Shown piece after piece: positions 23,301 through 30,729 of a DNA stretch of 64,000 nt. The translations under genes and the position numbers were made by a program. Below the pieces are notes generated by a model. It saw nothing but the letters and a program-made list of their open reading frames with translations. It had not been told where the DNA came from and searched no databases. This stretch comes from Nitrosopumilaceae archaeon. GTDB taxonomy: Archaea; Thermoproteota; Nitrososphaeria; Nitrososphaerales; Nitrosopumilaceae. Within the stretch, counting starts at the first letter, position 1. Each line of letters begins with the position of its first letter. The stretch covers positions 640,001 to 704,000 of the forward strand of contig CBDBCR010000001.1 in NCBI GenBank assembly GCA_965203465.1, in the 5' to 3' direction.

Positions 23301-26300
23301 AAGATATCTTCGGGCGACGTGGGCAGCGACGCCAATTCGGGCTCGGGCGCCATAGCCGACCCGTCGTCCAACGCCCTGGCGGCGCGCGCGAACATCACGG
23401 TATTGGACGGCATAGCGCCGGCCGTGGTGTCTTCCAAGATCACCGGACCGAACACGATAACGGTAACGTACGGCGAGGCCGTCACGGCGACAACCGCGCA
23501 CTATGCACCGACGGTCGGAACCGCCCGCGCCGTGTCCGCCTTGGCCGGCAGCGGGACGGCGGTGCACACCCTGACGTTCGGCGGGGACGCGGCGGGCACC
23601 GGGGATACGGGCACCGTATCCATCGACGCCGCGCAGGTAAAGGATACGTCGGACAACGCCCTGGGGACGTCGGCCATATCGCGGAATCTGGACGACGGGC
23701 AGAGCCCGGAGGTCTCCTCGGCGACGGTGACCGACAGGCGCACCGTATCGGTGACCTTCTCGGAGGACGTAAAGCTGTCGGGAACGGCGGCCGCGCCGTA
23801 CGGCTGGACGCTGTCCGGCGCGGACGCGAACAGCAGGCAGGTATCGTCCGTGTCGGGGATCGACACCAATACCGCGGCCGGCACGGCCACGCTGACCCTC
23901 GACGGCGACATAGCCGACAAGACCGATCCGGCAGTCACTGTGGCCTACTCGGGCGCCAGCATCGTCGATTCGGAGGGCAACCCGCTTGCGGCCTACGCGG
24001 CGACGGCGGCCGACGACGGCATCGCGCCGACGCTCACGGCGAGGGCCACCTCGCTTACCACCATAGAGGTCACCTTCAGCGAGCCCGTCGACGCGCCGGC
24101 CACCAACGCGCAAGGGTGGTCGATATCGGGTACCGACGCTCCGAGCCTGCAGGTAATTTCGAGCACGGCCACCTCGAGCGGCCTCTCGACGGTGCTGACC
24201 CTCTCTGGGAGCCTCGCGGACACCAACCCGGACAACGCGGTGCTGCGCTACAAGACTTCCGCAGGGGACGTGCCGGGCGACGCCGCTTCGGGCTCGGGCG
24301 CCATCGAGGATCTGGCGTCCAACGCGCTGGCGGCGCGCCAAAACGTACCGGTATCGGACGGCATCGCGCCGGCCATCGAGCTGGCCGAATCGCGCGAGGC
24401 CGACAAGATAACGGTCGTCTTTTCGGAGAGCGTCTCGGGGACGGCCACCGGCGCCGGCACGTGGGCGCTTTCGGGCTCCGGCGCCGGAGGCCGCACGATC
24501 GGCTACGCCGCGTTTTCGGGCACGAGCGTGGTGCTGAGCGTCTCGTCGGCGTTCCCCGAGCCCATAGGCGAGGTGACCCTTTCGTATTCGAGCTCTGCGG
24601 GCGACATAAAGGACGGCGCGGACATCGATCTTGCGTCTGTAGCCACGACCGTCACGCAGAACCTGGCGCCGACCATCGCCTCGGCGGAGGCCACGGCGCC
24701 CGGCGAGATCACAGTCACGTTCAGCGAAACGGTATCCGGCACCGCCACCGACGCGGGCGGCACGTGGAAGCTGAGCGGGACCGACGCCGGCTCGATCGCG
24801 GTAACCCAGTACCCCGGCGTCTCGTCGAACGCGGTGATCCTGGGCATTTCGCCTGCCCTGACCACGACGTCGCCGTCGCTCCAGCTGCAGTACATACGGG
24901 GCCCGGGCGACATACAGGATTCCACAAACAAGCCGCTCGCCTCTACTACGTCGCCGCACGTGACGGTGTCGGACGGCATCGCGCCGGCCGTAAAGTCCGC
25001 CAAAGCCACCTCCCTGCGCGAGATAACCGTGGAGTTCAGCGAAGACCTGTCCGTATCCGGCACGAACGCGCAAGGCTGGTCGGTCTCGGGCGGCGACGCC
25101 GCCGGCCGCACAGTCGATTCGAGCACCGCCGTCTCGAGCGGCGACACCGTGGTGCTCACTCTCAGCTCCGACATGGACGACACGAAGCCGGACGGCGTTG
25201 TATTGCAGTACAAGACATCTTCGGGCGACGTGGGCAGCGACGCCAATTCGGGCTCCGGCGCGATAGCCGACCCGTCGTCCAACGCCCTGGCGGCGCGCGC
25301 GAACATACCCGTATCGGACGGCATAGCGCCGGCCGTGGTGTCTTCCAAGATCACCGGACCGAACACGATAACGGTAACGTACGGCGAGGCCGTCACGGCT
25401 ACGGCCTCAAACTATACGCCGACGGTCGGAACCGCCCGCGCCGTGTCCGCCTTGGCCGGCAGCGGGACGGCGGTGCACACCATGACGTTCGGCGGGGCCG
25501 TGGCGGGCACCGGGGATACGGGCACCGTATCCATCGACGCCGCGCAGGTAAATGACGGATCGGACAACGCCTTGGGGACGTCGGCCATATCGCGGAATCT
25601 GGACGACGGGCAGAGCCCGGCGGTCGCATCCGTGACGGTGACCGACAGGCGCACCCTGTCGGTGGCGTTCTCCGAGGCAGTGCAGCTGTCCGGCGCCGGC
25701 ACGAAGCCGTTCGGCTGGACGCTGTCCGGCGCGGACGCGGGCTCGGTGCAGGTGGACTCGGTTGGCGGGATAACGCAGAGCGCCTCGGCCACCACGGCCA
25801 CGCTTGCCCTCGACGGCGACATAGCCGACAAGACCGACCCCGCGATCACGGTGGCGTACTCTGGCGGCAACATAGCGGATACGGCCGGCAACGCCCTGGC
25901 AGACTACGCGGCCGCGACGGCCACGGACGGCATCGCGCCCGCGGTGACCTCCGTTACGGTCACGTCGCGCAACACGATAGACGTGGAGTTTTCAGAACCG
26001 GTGCGGCTGGATCCGGCCGGCGCCCCGACCGGCTGGACCCTGTCGGGCGCCGACGCGGACAGCAGGACGGTCTCGACCATAGGCTTCGGCTCCTCCGCGA
26101 GAACCGCCACCCTGACTTTGAACGGCAACATTGCAGACAAGACGAATCCGGCAGTCACCGTGGCGTACGCGGACAGCGGCAACTTGGAGGATCTGGCCGG
26201 CAACGCCCTGGCGGCATACGCGGCCGCGACGGCCACGGACGGCATCGCGCCCGCGGTGACTTCGGCGACCGTAGATTCGCGCAACACGATATCTGTGGCG

Positions 26301-29300
26301 TTTTCAGAACCGGTGCGGCTGGATCCGGCCGGCGCCCCGACCGGCTGGACCCTGTCGGGCGCCGACGCGGACAGCAGGCTCGTATCGACCATCGCGTTCG
26401 GCTCCCCGGCCAGCACCGCGACGCTGACCCTCGACGGCAACATCGTGGACAAGACCGACCCCTCGATCACCGTGGCGTACGCGGCCGGCGGCAACCTCGA
26501 GGATTCGGCGGGCAACTCGCTTGCGGCCTACTCGGCGGCGGCAGGCGACGGCATAGCGCCGGTCATACTCTCCGCCGAGTCGCGCGAGCTGGACAAGATA
26601 ACGGTGACGTTCAGCGAGGCCATGGACGCCACGCAGACCAACGCCGCGAACACCTGGACGCTGGGCGGCGCGGACAGGCCGGCGACGGTGGAGGTGAGCG
26701 GCAACCCGGCCATAACGACGGACACCACCACGCTGGAGCTGAGCGGCGACCTCGACGATCCGATCGGAACCGTCACGCTCCGCTACAACGCCGGCGCCGG
26801 CGACGCCGAGGACAAGTCGGACAACGCGCTGGCCTCGCAGACGGTCACGGTCACGCAGAACCTGGCGCCGCTCATAGCGTCGGCAGAGGCCACCTCGCTG
26901 GATTCCATCACTGTTACCTTCAGCGAGGCGGTCCGCGGAACCTCCACCAATCCGGACGGCACCTGGAAACTGGACGGGGCCGACGCGGGAACCATCACCG
27001 TGTCGCGGTACCCGGCCCCGTCCGGCACCTCCCTGGTGCTGGGCCTGTCCGGCGAGCTGCCCGACACCGACCCCGGCCTGAGCCTCCAGTACGTGCGGAA
27101 CCCGGGAGACGTTGAGGATCTGACCGGCACGCCGCTCGAATCCACGCAGTCGCCGCACGTGACAGTCTCGGACGGCATCGCGCCGGCCCTCTCGTCGGCG
27201 GCGCTAAACGAGGGCACCGGGGTATTGACGCTTACTTTCACAGAGACGGTAGACGTCTCGGAGATGAACGAGGCGGCTATATACGTGCGCGAGGCGGGCG
27301 CATCTTCGGGCGGCGTGGCCCTCTCGGCTTCGGCGCGCACCACCGCGGCGGATTCCGCGGCCGTCTCGTTCACGCTCTCCGAGCAGAACAGGCAGGCGGT
27401 CATCGCCATGGCCACCCCGCAGCTGGACATGGGCGCCGGGGCCGTGAGAGACCAGAGCTCCAACTCTTCGGCGGCCGCCTCCGACAGGCCGATAGCCGCC
27501 GAGCCGGACACCGTGCGTCCGCAGCTCCAGTCCGCTTCCCTTGACGAGGGCGCCGGCACCATCGTGCTCACGTTCGACGAAAAGATGGCGACGCCGACCG
27601 CGGCGCAGGCGGCCCGCGTCGAGATCGGGACTTCGGGCGCCAACATTGTATTCGCCGAGGCCGACATAGCCTCGGCCGTCCTGGACAGCGCGGGAACCAC
27701 GGTAACCATAACCGTGTCGGAGGCAAAGCGCCAGGAGATAATAGCGGCCGCGCCGTCCGACATAGACCTGCTGTCCGGCGGCCTGCGCGATGTGTCCAGC
27801 GCCGATGCCTCCTCTTCGGGGACCGCGTTGACGGCCACGCCCGACACGACAAGGCCCGCGCTCGCCTCGGCGGTATTGAACACCGACGACGGTGTGCTGG
27901 TGCTGAGTTTCAGCGAGACGATGGACGCCTCGTCGTTTGCGGGCGAGCTTGCCAAGGTCTCGGTGAACACGCCGGGCGACCCGGTGCGGCTTGCGGGGAC
28001 CGCGCGCGCCGACGGCACCAACGTCATAGTGACGCTCGACCCCGACGTGCTCCGGTCGCTGCTGGCCGTCATATCGGCCGCGCCCAACGCCGGCGCGCCC
28101 GGCCTGCTCTCGCTGGCGGTGCCGGGAGCCGCGCCGCAGTTCGCCGACACGTCGGGCAACGCCGTCACGGCCGTATCGGGCAATATTTTGATAGAGGACG
28201 GCCGGCCGCCATCGATGGTATCGGCTTCCGTGACAAGCTCGGACACCATCGTGGTGCGGTTCAGCGAAGACCTGGCCGACGGCACGGTGCAGACGTCGGA
28301 CTTTTCGGTTCCCGGGTACGACGTATCGTCGGTCTCCGAGCTGTCCGGGACCGTCACGATCACCATGGCCAACCCGGACACGTTCACCATGCGCGACGCG
28401 CCGGGCGTCAGGACGGCCGGGCCCGTCTCGGACCTGTTCGGCAATACGCTGGAGCCGGGCGCCCGGATACAGTCGGTCAACGCGATAATGCCCGTCATGA
28501 TATCGCAGTTTACCGTCTCGCACGACGGGCCGGCAAAGGCGGGCGACCGGATACAGATAACGTTCCGCGCCCAGGGCACGGTGGCCATGGACGCGGCGCT
28601 GCGCGTCAACGGCCAGGCGGTGGCGACTGTCTCGGCAGAGAACGGCTTCGACGCGACCTACACGGTTCCGGCCGGCGCCCCGCAGGGCCCGCTAAAACTG
28701 TACGTCGAGATAGTCTCGGGCACCGGCACGCCGACCGAATTCTCGGAAAGGGACCTTACGGGGCCCAACGCGGTCGTGGACACCGTGCCGCCCTCGGTCG
28801 TGTACGCGTCGATAGCCGGGATCGACTCGGTTACCGTCATTTACAGCGAGCCGGTGACCGCCTCTGCCTCCGACTATGCGGGCATCGAGGCCGACGGCGC
28901 CTCCCCCGTGCCCGCCTCGGGCGTGCTCGGCTCGGGGTCCAAGTCGATACTGGTCTCGTGGTCAGGGGGCGGCGCCACGCCGTCGTCCGTGAGGCTGACG
29001 GCCGGCGCGGTCACCGACGCTGCGGGCAACGCGGCGGCCCCCTCGCAGGTAACCGCCGCGGCGGCGCGAACCGAAGTCACGCTCGAAGAGCCGGGCATAC
29101 CGCTGGCCCGCGGCACCGTGGTCGGGACGGTCACGGCGCCCTCTGGGATAGAGCCGGTGGTCGACGTGTCCTCGTTCACGGGGACCGTGACGGATCCGGC
29201 CGTGATCGGCGCCGGCGGCGGCTCGGCCGTCTTCGATTCAGAGCTGCGCATCGTGACCCGCACGTTCGGGCTGCCGGACGCCACGTTCCCGGCCGGCACG

Positions 29301-30719
29301 CAGGCCGGCGGCCTCGGGCCCCTGGCGTCGGGCGGCGCGGCGTTCGGCGAGGCCATCGCCATATCTTCCAGCTCGTCGACGGCGCACCTGTCCGAAGACC
29401 AGCGCGAGGCCTACCCTCTGCTCTTCGACGGCATAACCACGACGGTCCAGGTGGGCCACCCCGGCCGCGACATTATATTCGACAGGCCGGTGCTCCTAGA
29501 GTTCGACATACCGCTGCGCGGCGCGCTGGTCTTTTCTGTCGGCACCCTCGGCGTGCCGCTGCCGATACCTGCCTGCGATCCGTCCTGGGACACCTCGGCG
29601 CTGCCCGTGGGCCAGTCGGTACCCGAGGGCTGGCCGCCGGGCACGTACGATACGAACGCGTGCGTCGACGAGGATTCCGATTCGGTCTGGACCGGGCATT
29701 TCAGCCTCTTCGGGGTATCGCAGCCGCCCCCGCGCGGCGGCTCGGAGTGCGACGACTGCACCCCGCCGACGCTCGGCTACGACCAGTACGGCGCAAAGCT
29801 GGTCGATGCGGGATTTGCGTACAACGGACTGGCCTCGGACGTGGAGTACTTTTTCACCCCGTACCCGCTCATAGAGTCCGAGGTGGGCGCGGAGAACGCC
29901 GTGGTGCTGAAAATATACGAAAACGAGGGCCCGCAGAACGTATCGCACGCCGCGCTGGCCTTCGGGCTGCGCTCCGGCGAGGTGATATCGGAGAGCAGGG
30001 CGGTCATAAACTACGACATTTCGTTCGACGGGGCCGGGACGGTCTCCGTGATAGATCCGGACGGGGCCATCGACCTGGACACTTTGGCAGCCGAGCACGA
30101 GACGGTCCAGTGCTCGCCCGGCTCGGAGCTGGAGTGCCTCCAGATAACGATAAAGCACGCGTTCCGCGCGCCGCTCGAGTTCGACATCGTGGGCACCGAC
30201 GTGTGGGATTCGCAGCGCAACTCGTGGCAAAACTACTACAACCACGGCATAAAAATATCGGGCGAGCCGCTCGACGGCCGGCCCGGAATCGAGGTCGACG
30301 GGATGGTGCTGCACCCCATATCGCCCGACTCTACGAACAGGGACGTGATGATGTCCCCCGACGGGCACCTGTTCAAGCTGTCCCCCGACGGCCGGTACGA
30401 GCCGCTCTCCAACCAGTCGCGGCTGTACCACGACATAGACGAGTCCATGTACCTGTACAGGGGCGTGCCCATGCAGGGCTACGACCGTTCCGATCCCGAG
30501 TTCCGCGACCGGCTCTACGAGCAGGTCGCAGAGGCGCAGAGGGTGCTCGACGCCATGATGCCGGCCCCCGAGGCCGAGGGCGAGGTGTCGGCGCCGGTAT
30601 CGCCGGACAGGCAGGCCGAAGAGGAGCGCCTGCGCGCGGCCATAGCCGCGGAGCAGGAGCGGGCCCGCCTGCTCTTCGATGTATTGTTCGGGTACTTGGA
30701 CATAAACGGGCAGAATTAG
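8400..30719 (+). CDS. Giant (7439 aa) secreted surface protein/adhesin: signal peptide, Ig-like domains, LVIVD-repeat beta-propellers, dozens of Ig-like (DGIAP) repeats, thaumarchaeal-type C-terminal domain
   Basis: Uninterrupted 22.3-kb ORF with an N-terminal hydrophobic signal. Repeated KTYAxV...GxQIIDxSxP blades (about 9650-12870). Tandem ITVTFSEPV...D..GN.L...DGIAP units of about 100-115 aa. C-terminal GHFSLFG...CDDCTPPTLG domain. Confidence 0.95.
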   Translation: MENLHRLAAAAAVFAAFVLAVPLAEATTPTITGAKAIALDKIEVTFSEPVTTAKNSETGWTATGGDLGTLRIIDGTSLSTPKNKVVFELSGKLPDTTPTGITLSYSTQSNCEPVWGGQLCRTIADIEDAAGDRLASRSNIPVSDGIAPTFTASATSTTGITVVFSETVTGTGTVSGTWTLSGDDAGTRTVTGSAPAGNSVSLTVSPALTDRSPDLRLTYNPSSGDLADSSGNEPSGIVKVSDRIKPLKPSITTQAVTVTSPSFDVAGTAEENSEVAVYVGARAESGAARAAGGSWTKTVTLEPGANSITAKATDRAGNESDASEAVSVTYNPTGTVITTVPSTFTSTTQTIEGRAPSGSSVSLYRAGLSAALATGAAGSAGLWSIQVELVAGDNVLTAVSTQGGVDVRSASVTFVLDTATHELAVVSSIRDEEGVFGTLAAPRDVEMFERNGKTYALVASAADSGLQLIDMSDPNEPDPVASVETSGLPFDVEIAEVGQKTFAIVAAHRNGAVDFVDITDLSAISKVRTVRHDSLDPAGGGFLRLEGGRSLDHFTVNSKHYIIVASDAGKTTLAPGGFLIMEFNENVNTDGTRTAPNFKHVYSNHQKQTDENGAEVVYSENRGGYGSAIFDPHARFDAGANAFVPVTNREGIRGYPGTFDVPRGGVAIYTWVLSVDKDSNWKSFPNRADNWNSLTDSQGRPRTVTAAGWPVPLTGNMDKVETAPSRVLVMNDNDTPADKSDDWLEASFGYGYSKGSIFRSPISERQVPNDGGSTLVAVDANGRPFEKRGLDAAGTLFPALEGAGSVDTFAVTKDGSTKTYAAIAAEELDAVQIIDISAPAAPLHVEAVFDGGRDEAGGQFLELDGAAGIEVVTINSKPYAVVASYRDDGFQIIDLSDPGSPLAASSGADRPGRAQGAYSTLDGPTSVHTFEHTVAGGQRTYALFTAGGYEDDGDGGGFQLVDITDPVRPYATGSGRDGERCSTAARYNYLGGANSAATAVIEGRLYSVIAGMDDDGIQTVRMDLSRRGSTLTVVNATADDTGGYSALGAPRSSEIAQINGRTYMFVSSFKEGDALDGARVVGNGGGLQIIDVTNPAAPQPAASLIDTDNTPFDILRGVGDIDVFEVGGRPYAIVTAQDEWAYSPDDGGPASRGGFLILDVSDPHNPRRASGVLAGQPYGGGDTGQSSFKMSGPIGVDTAKIGAKTYAVIASNYQLPAHNSGVSVVDISNPRLPKPVEWIAAGSSDDYGSPYSALGRTYDVEIFKTNSKTYAAVTSPNKNGVQFIDISAPGDPRAAGHRIHDAQLQKARTVSTITINNSHTGDEPRTYAVVVGGNDYTEELHYPLPWVPGRHTVPFGYMTVIDATDPASPSVARSVSKGGNGALGNFDLAGAWGVDAYHLGAKAYAAVACGSYVWGSHNECNGVTVVEITDPDQPRQRGRLVERPAAPSAENHLLDSRGIDTFISGAQAYSASGSFADQGIQILRLSTVRDTTAPAIEKAALNPDRGILEITFNELVRASSANFDLAGLSVNSVVGHSPDGRLSGAELLTAADDTLMRISLSDSDKTAFAALFASTPYPRLDVAAGAFDDQDGNDVEAIPDVTIEKLETSPVLRESSLDLGTGLVRLFFSEAVDATPPSRVDLAKFEMYKLTDVNAKISLSSSSLVTGSDDRTLEIQLDEPTRLSVVELDAVPVIDLGEGAVRGSEGEHLSDASSGNVFTRVYEDRTRPELVSAVRDGGALVLTFTEPVKVAAADFDLDQIMFYRHGDRPGATYLAVGLSSATVSTAEDSETVRITLTTAQTNAMGSHKDLVLEMVLDGGLSAVEDVTGYGIGQVTEPLRNPDGTGPVLDSSEAPAFGSTGRTLTVVFSEGLWTAETDPSKFHVRDGAGNANTAGQVTPTEAELEEGIDGSETVRFVLSEASAALIEAMSDPHLYLDSGAVRGSDSDPSAAAQAGRDVSEPAQARPAIRSATALDLSTISVQFTKQVTSAAGSADMAGAWRLGGPDSEPGGIPLTFSAATSLSSATDTLALTINGRLISPASDVYIGYDDSRGVSISDAGDSSLTLSSATTVIGGASTFEATATASNTITVIFSDPVSEAGTSGPGGWSVSGPDAGALEVSERTDISASSRTLVLTLDGHLTSTNPEITLDYDEAAGEVRNEHFEISGSVRVSDGLAPRISSAEAVSFETISVSFSEPMALSDTHAHGWSISGTDAAGLHVDLSTATSGSDAVVLTLDEELADGAPDGVYLRYETSGQDVGSDALSGAGEISDLAGNALVAVSSITVSDGIAPQFSARITGDTQVTVDFTEPVSSADNSYLHWEFSHADGSAPHTAPLSAASLSSLTSSMALQLNRALPLPTADLSIEYLGVGTVSDGAGNELAAASAEVSEDRRPFIESARATAADTVVVTFTKPVSSAAAPADLAGAWSVSGGDADAPAQLGVQSASSLQNPTRALTLTLSGSLPDTKPDGVSVAYDSTPDSGTAVAVSDAGGAALLDASVSVSDGIAPTFAASSPAPDKVRVVFSEPVSYTSTPAAATWILGGADLPPGVAVSANPAVSGARTALLTLSGSLNDPVGDVTLRYDDGPGNARDASGNDLESATAPVARDPAPTITSAKATKINEITVTFSKAVLTSDTEGRGWSVSGTDAIALHVEASSDVSAGSTTVVLTLDGNLADSAPDGVLLRYETDGRDISGDLGSGSGGIRDSAFNPLAARSSITVSDGIPPTISARTVPAQSVIYEFSESVNRGSQPFTVIGYTGGNCGTTQTTNSGNGFRYNVLNAQCPFSPSERGHFFLTLNDITDNGGNRLGTGRLALPIDDGIAPTITRSEATSLDTIRVTFNESVTTTDTTGKGWSISGTDAGSRTVDSSTALDGNSVILTLSDPLPDTRPALKLKYDTSGTDAAGDPGSGSGDITDQPYTSFVVNGVTIQRSDVAQYLTFPESTGNPLADVAEDFVFDGIAPTASFEVTGDRTITVTFSETVQGSDNDKSHWSISGSDAAGIQISSVSSLASFTDTMTITLDKDLPARLTDLKLAYDAGGNINDLSLRLAAFAATAVPDERGPSIMSAVATGPDTILVTFSRAVSSSDADSDLLSAWSLSGTDATAGATPLTVSAATSLSLSTSTLGLTLSGNLPDTRPDLVLTYDSTPSQSTTVSITDAGSEALPDSSVDVGDGLAPSVSSAQYTGRGTVLVEFGEPVKLESGNAQSGWTVSGTDIGAATSASPPAGLATSSATSVSLTLDGQLADKTLLDFTLSYQSGNLVDESGNALEAYSEKPDDGLAPRVLSAEIFTGNQARITYSEPVTATLLDYQVSVGGQARNVPIIFGTGTDTHRVQFTGTAGTGATGFLTIDSRSVLDGSGNALGDSAALRQNLADGQSPTVASATVADRRTIQVAFSESVRLSGAGTAPFGWAISGADANSAEVDSISDISESVSGTSATLTLDRDIADTTSPSVAVAYSGGNIEDTAGNALAAYAATAATDGIAPSVSSAEYVSRDTVLLTFSEPVRLSSAGAPTGWTVSGADRGSATGAGAGQGDIAPLTDQVSASSATLTLNGNLADKTILDFTLAYSGGNIEDAAGNALGQYSERPSDGIRPEIESAVAGTLNSVTVVFSEPVLATSTAPSETWTLGGSGRPASVAVNDNPPIPTAATRTTLGLSGSLNDPLGTVTLAYDAGTGDVRDESGNGLASYTASVVLDMPPSVSSARVTGPDSVVIQYSEPVEAVQSDYRSLAVGGQARAVSGLLGGTTATHTITFRGEDPFGTDATGSVSINAPNITDATGNALGAGVIQQPLSDGQSPTVSAEYTARNSVALTFSEPVRLSSGSVPAGWTVSGTDKGAATAASSVSVITTSVTSTSATLTLNGQLADKTLLDFTLSYSGGNIEDDDGNALAAYSATPDDGIAPTVSSAKYTSRNMVDLEFSEPVRLSSGGAPTDWTVSGTDKGAATAASSVSVITTSVTSTSTTLTLDGNLADKTVLDFTLAYAATGNIEDQGGNALAAYSATPDDGIAPKITSAKVTGPNQITVAFSEHVFTQGSHYSSIVVDGAGRGISGSQTGRTVAAVISFDGAAAGTGAAGDLTINAGQVVDDANNALGTQAALPVTLTDGQAPTFTAEATGLDEITVTFSESLSISDETARGWSVSGADATGRTVDSSTPVSNGDTVVLTLSSDLEDTRPDGVLLRYEVSGTDVSGDPGSGSGTIADSASNALAAISSVTVSDGIAPEVSSAKYTARNSVELSFSEPVRLSSAGAPTGWSASGADVVSSPTAGSAISVLTASATATSATLTLDSNLADKTSLDFTLSYDEAAGNIEDESDNALARYSEKPDDGLAPRITSAKATGLDQITVTFSENMNISDTTAQGWSVSGTDAAGRTVDSSTAVSNGDTVVLTLGSDMEDTKPDGVLLQYKTSSGDVGSDPGSGSGAIADPSSNALAARQSIPVSDGIAPTATAEATALDRITVTFSEPVSVPANAQGWSISGTDAAGLDVTASTSTSSGLSTVLTLSGNLADTNPDNAVLRYKTSAGNVGSDADSGSGAIGDPDSNALAARQSMPVSDGLAPTASFALTDDRAITVSFSEPVSSPDNDASHWSISGADASGLAVSSVSSLTSATGSMTVALDGDVPVPSADLKLAYSAGGTISDGASLVLAAVPAAAVQDDRRPSIMSAKAVNPAATGPSTIVVVFTREVSSSNNPSDIPSAWSVSGTDATVNGSALAVSGASSLSVSTKTLTLTLDGRLPDTRPDLDLAYDSTPASGTAVSIADANSRAMADASVAVADGIAPAVEKAEITGPTTITITYGEAVTAGAAAYSPPTVDNYFRSAPTVSGSGTAVHTLTFTTPSGTPAVGTGAAGSVTIAEAEITDESGNAMMRTTGARMQPLADGQAPTFTAKATELDKITVTFSEPLTVLGTNAQGWSVSGGDAADRTVDSSTSVTSGTTMVLTLSSDMDDTKPDGVLLQYKISSGDVGSDANSGSGAIADPSSNALAARANITVLDGIAPAVVSSKITGPNTITVTYGEAVTATTAHYAPTVGTARAVSALAGSGTAVHTLTFGGDAAGTGDTGTVSIDAAQVKDTSDNALGTSAISRNLDDGQSPEVSSATVTDRRTVSVTFSEDVKLSGTAAAPYGWTLSGADANSRQVSSVSGIDTNTAAGTATLTLDGDIADKTDPAVTVAYSGASIVDSEGNPLAAYAATAADDGIAPTLTARATSLTTIEVTFSEPVDAPATNAQGWSISGTDAPSLQVISSTATSSGLSTVLTLSGSLADTNPDNAVLRYKTSAGDVPGDAASGSGAIEDLASNALAARQNVPVSDGIAPAIELAESREADKITVVFSESVSGTATGAGTWALSGSGAGGRTIGYAAFSGTSVVLSVSSAFPEPIGEVTLSYSSSAGDIKDGADIDLASVATTVTQNLAPTIASAEATAPGEITVTFSETVSGTATDAGGTWKLSGTDAGSIAVTQYPGVSSNAVILGISPALTTTSPSLQLQYIRGPGDIQDSTNKPLASTTSPHVTVSDGIAPAVKSAKATSLREITVEFSEDLSVSGTNAQGWSVSGGDAAGRTVDSSTAVSSGDTVVLTLSSDMDDTKPDGVVLQYKTSSGDVGSDANSGSGAIADPSSNALAARANIPVSDGIAPAVVSSKITGPNTITVTYGEAVTATASNYTPTVGTARAVSALAGSGTAVHTMTFGGAVAGTGDTGTVSIDAAQVNDGSDNALGTSAISRNLDDGQSPAVASVTVTDRRTLSVAFSEAVQLSGAGTKPFGWTLSGADAGSVQVDSVGGITQSASATTATLALDGDIADKTDPAITVAYSGGNIADTAGNALADYAAATATDGIAPAVTSVTVTSRNTIDVEFSEPVRLDPAGAPTGWTLSGADADSRTVSTIGFGSSARTATLTLNGNIADKTNPAVTVAYADSGNLEDLAGNALAAYAAATATDGIAPAVTSATVDSRNTISVAFSEPVRLDPAGAPTGWTLSGADADSRLVSTIAFGSPASTATLTLDGNIVDKTDPSITVAYAAGGNLEDSAGNSLAAYSAAAGDGIAPVILSAESRELDKITVTFSEAMDATQTNAANTWTLGGADRPATVEVSGNPAITTDTTTLELSGDLDDPIGTVTLRYNAGAGDAEDKSDNALASQTVTVTQNLAPLIASAEATSLDSITVTFSEAVRGTSTNPDGTWKLDGADAGTITVSRYPAPSGTSLVLGLSGELPDTDPGLSLQYVRNPGDVEDLTGTPLESTQSPHVTVSDGIAPALSSAALNEGTGVLTLTFTETVDVSEMNEAAIYVREAGASSGGVALSASARTTAADSAAVSFTLSEQNRQAVIAMATPQLDMGAGAVRDQSSNSSAAASDRPIAAEPDTVRPQLQSASLDEGAGTIVLTFDEKMATPTAAQAARVEIGTSGANIVFAEADIASAVLDSAGTTVTITVSEAKRQEIIAAAPSDIDLLSGGLRDVSSADASSSGTALTATPDTTRPALASAVLNTDDGVLVLSFSETMDASSFAGELAKVSVNTPGDPVRLAGTARADGTNVIVTLDPDVLRSLLAVISAAPNAGAPGLLSLAVPGAAPQFADTSGNAVTAVSGNILIEDGRPPSMVSASVTSSDTIVVRFSEDLADGTVQTSDFSVPGYDVSSVSELSGTVTITMANPDTFTMRDAPGVRTAGPVSDLFGNTLEPGARIQSVNAIMPVMISQFTVSHDGPAKAGDRIQITFRAQGTVAMDAALRVNGQAVATVSAENGFDATYTVPAGAPQGPLKLYVEIVSGTGTPTEFSERDLTGPNAVVDTVPPSVVYASIAGIDSVTVIYSEPVTASASDYAGIEADGASPVPASGVLGSGSKSILVSWSGGGATPSSVRLTAGAVTDAAGNAAAPSQVTAAAARTEVTLEEPGIPLARGTVVGTVTAPSGIEPVVDVSSFTGTVTDPAVIGAGGGSAVFDSELRIVTRTFGLPDATFPAGTQAGGLGPLASGGAAFGEAIAISSSSSTAHLSEDQREAYPLLFDGITTTVQVGHPGRDIIFDRPVLLEFDIPLRGALVFSVGTLGVPLPIPACDPSWDTSALPVGQSVPEGWPPGTYDTNACVDEDSDSVWTGHFSLFGVSQPPPRGGSECDDCTPPTLGYDQYGAKLVDAGFAYNGLASDVEYFFTPYPLIESEVGAENAVVLKIYENEGPQNVSHAALAFGLRSGEVISESRAVINYDISFDGAGTVSVIDPDGAIDLDTLAAEHETVQCSPGSELECLQITIKHAFRAPLEFDIVGTDVWDSQRNSWQNYYNHGIKISGEPLDGRPGIEVDGMVLHPISPDSTNRDVMMSPDGHLFKLSPDGRYEPLSNQSRLYHDIDESMYLYRGVPMQGYDRSDPEFRDRLYEQVAEAQRVLDAMMPAPEAEGEVSAPVSPDRQAEEERLRAAIAAEQERARLLFDVLFGYLDINGQN

Positions 30720-30729
30720 CCCGGCTTTA

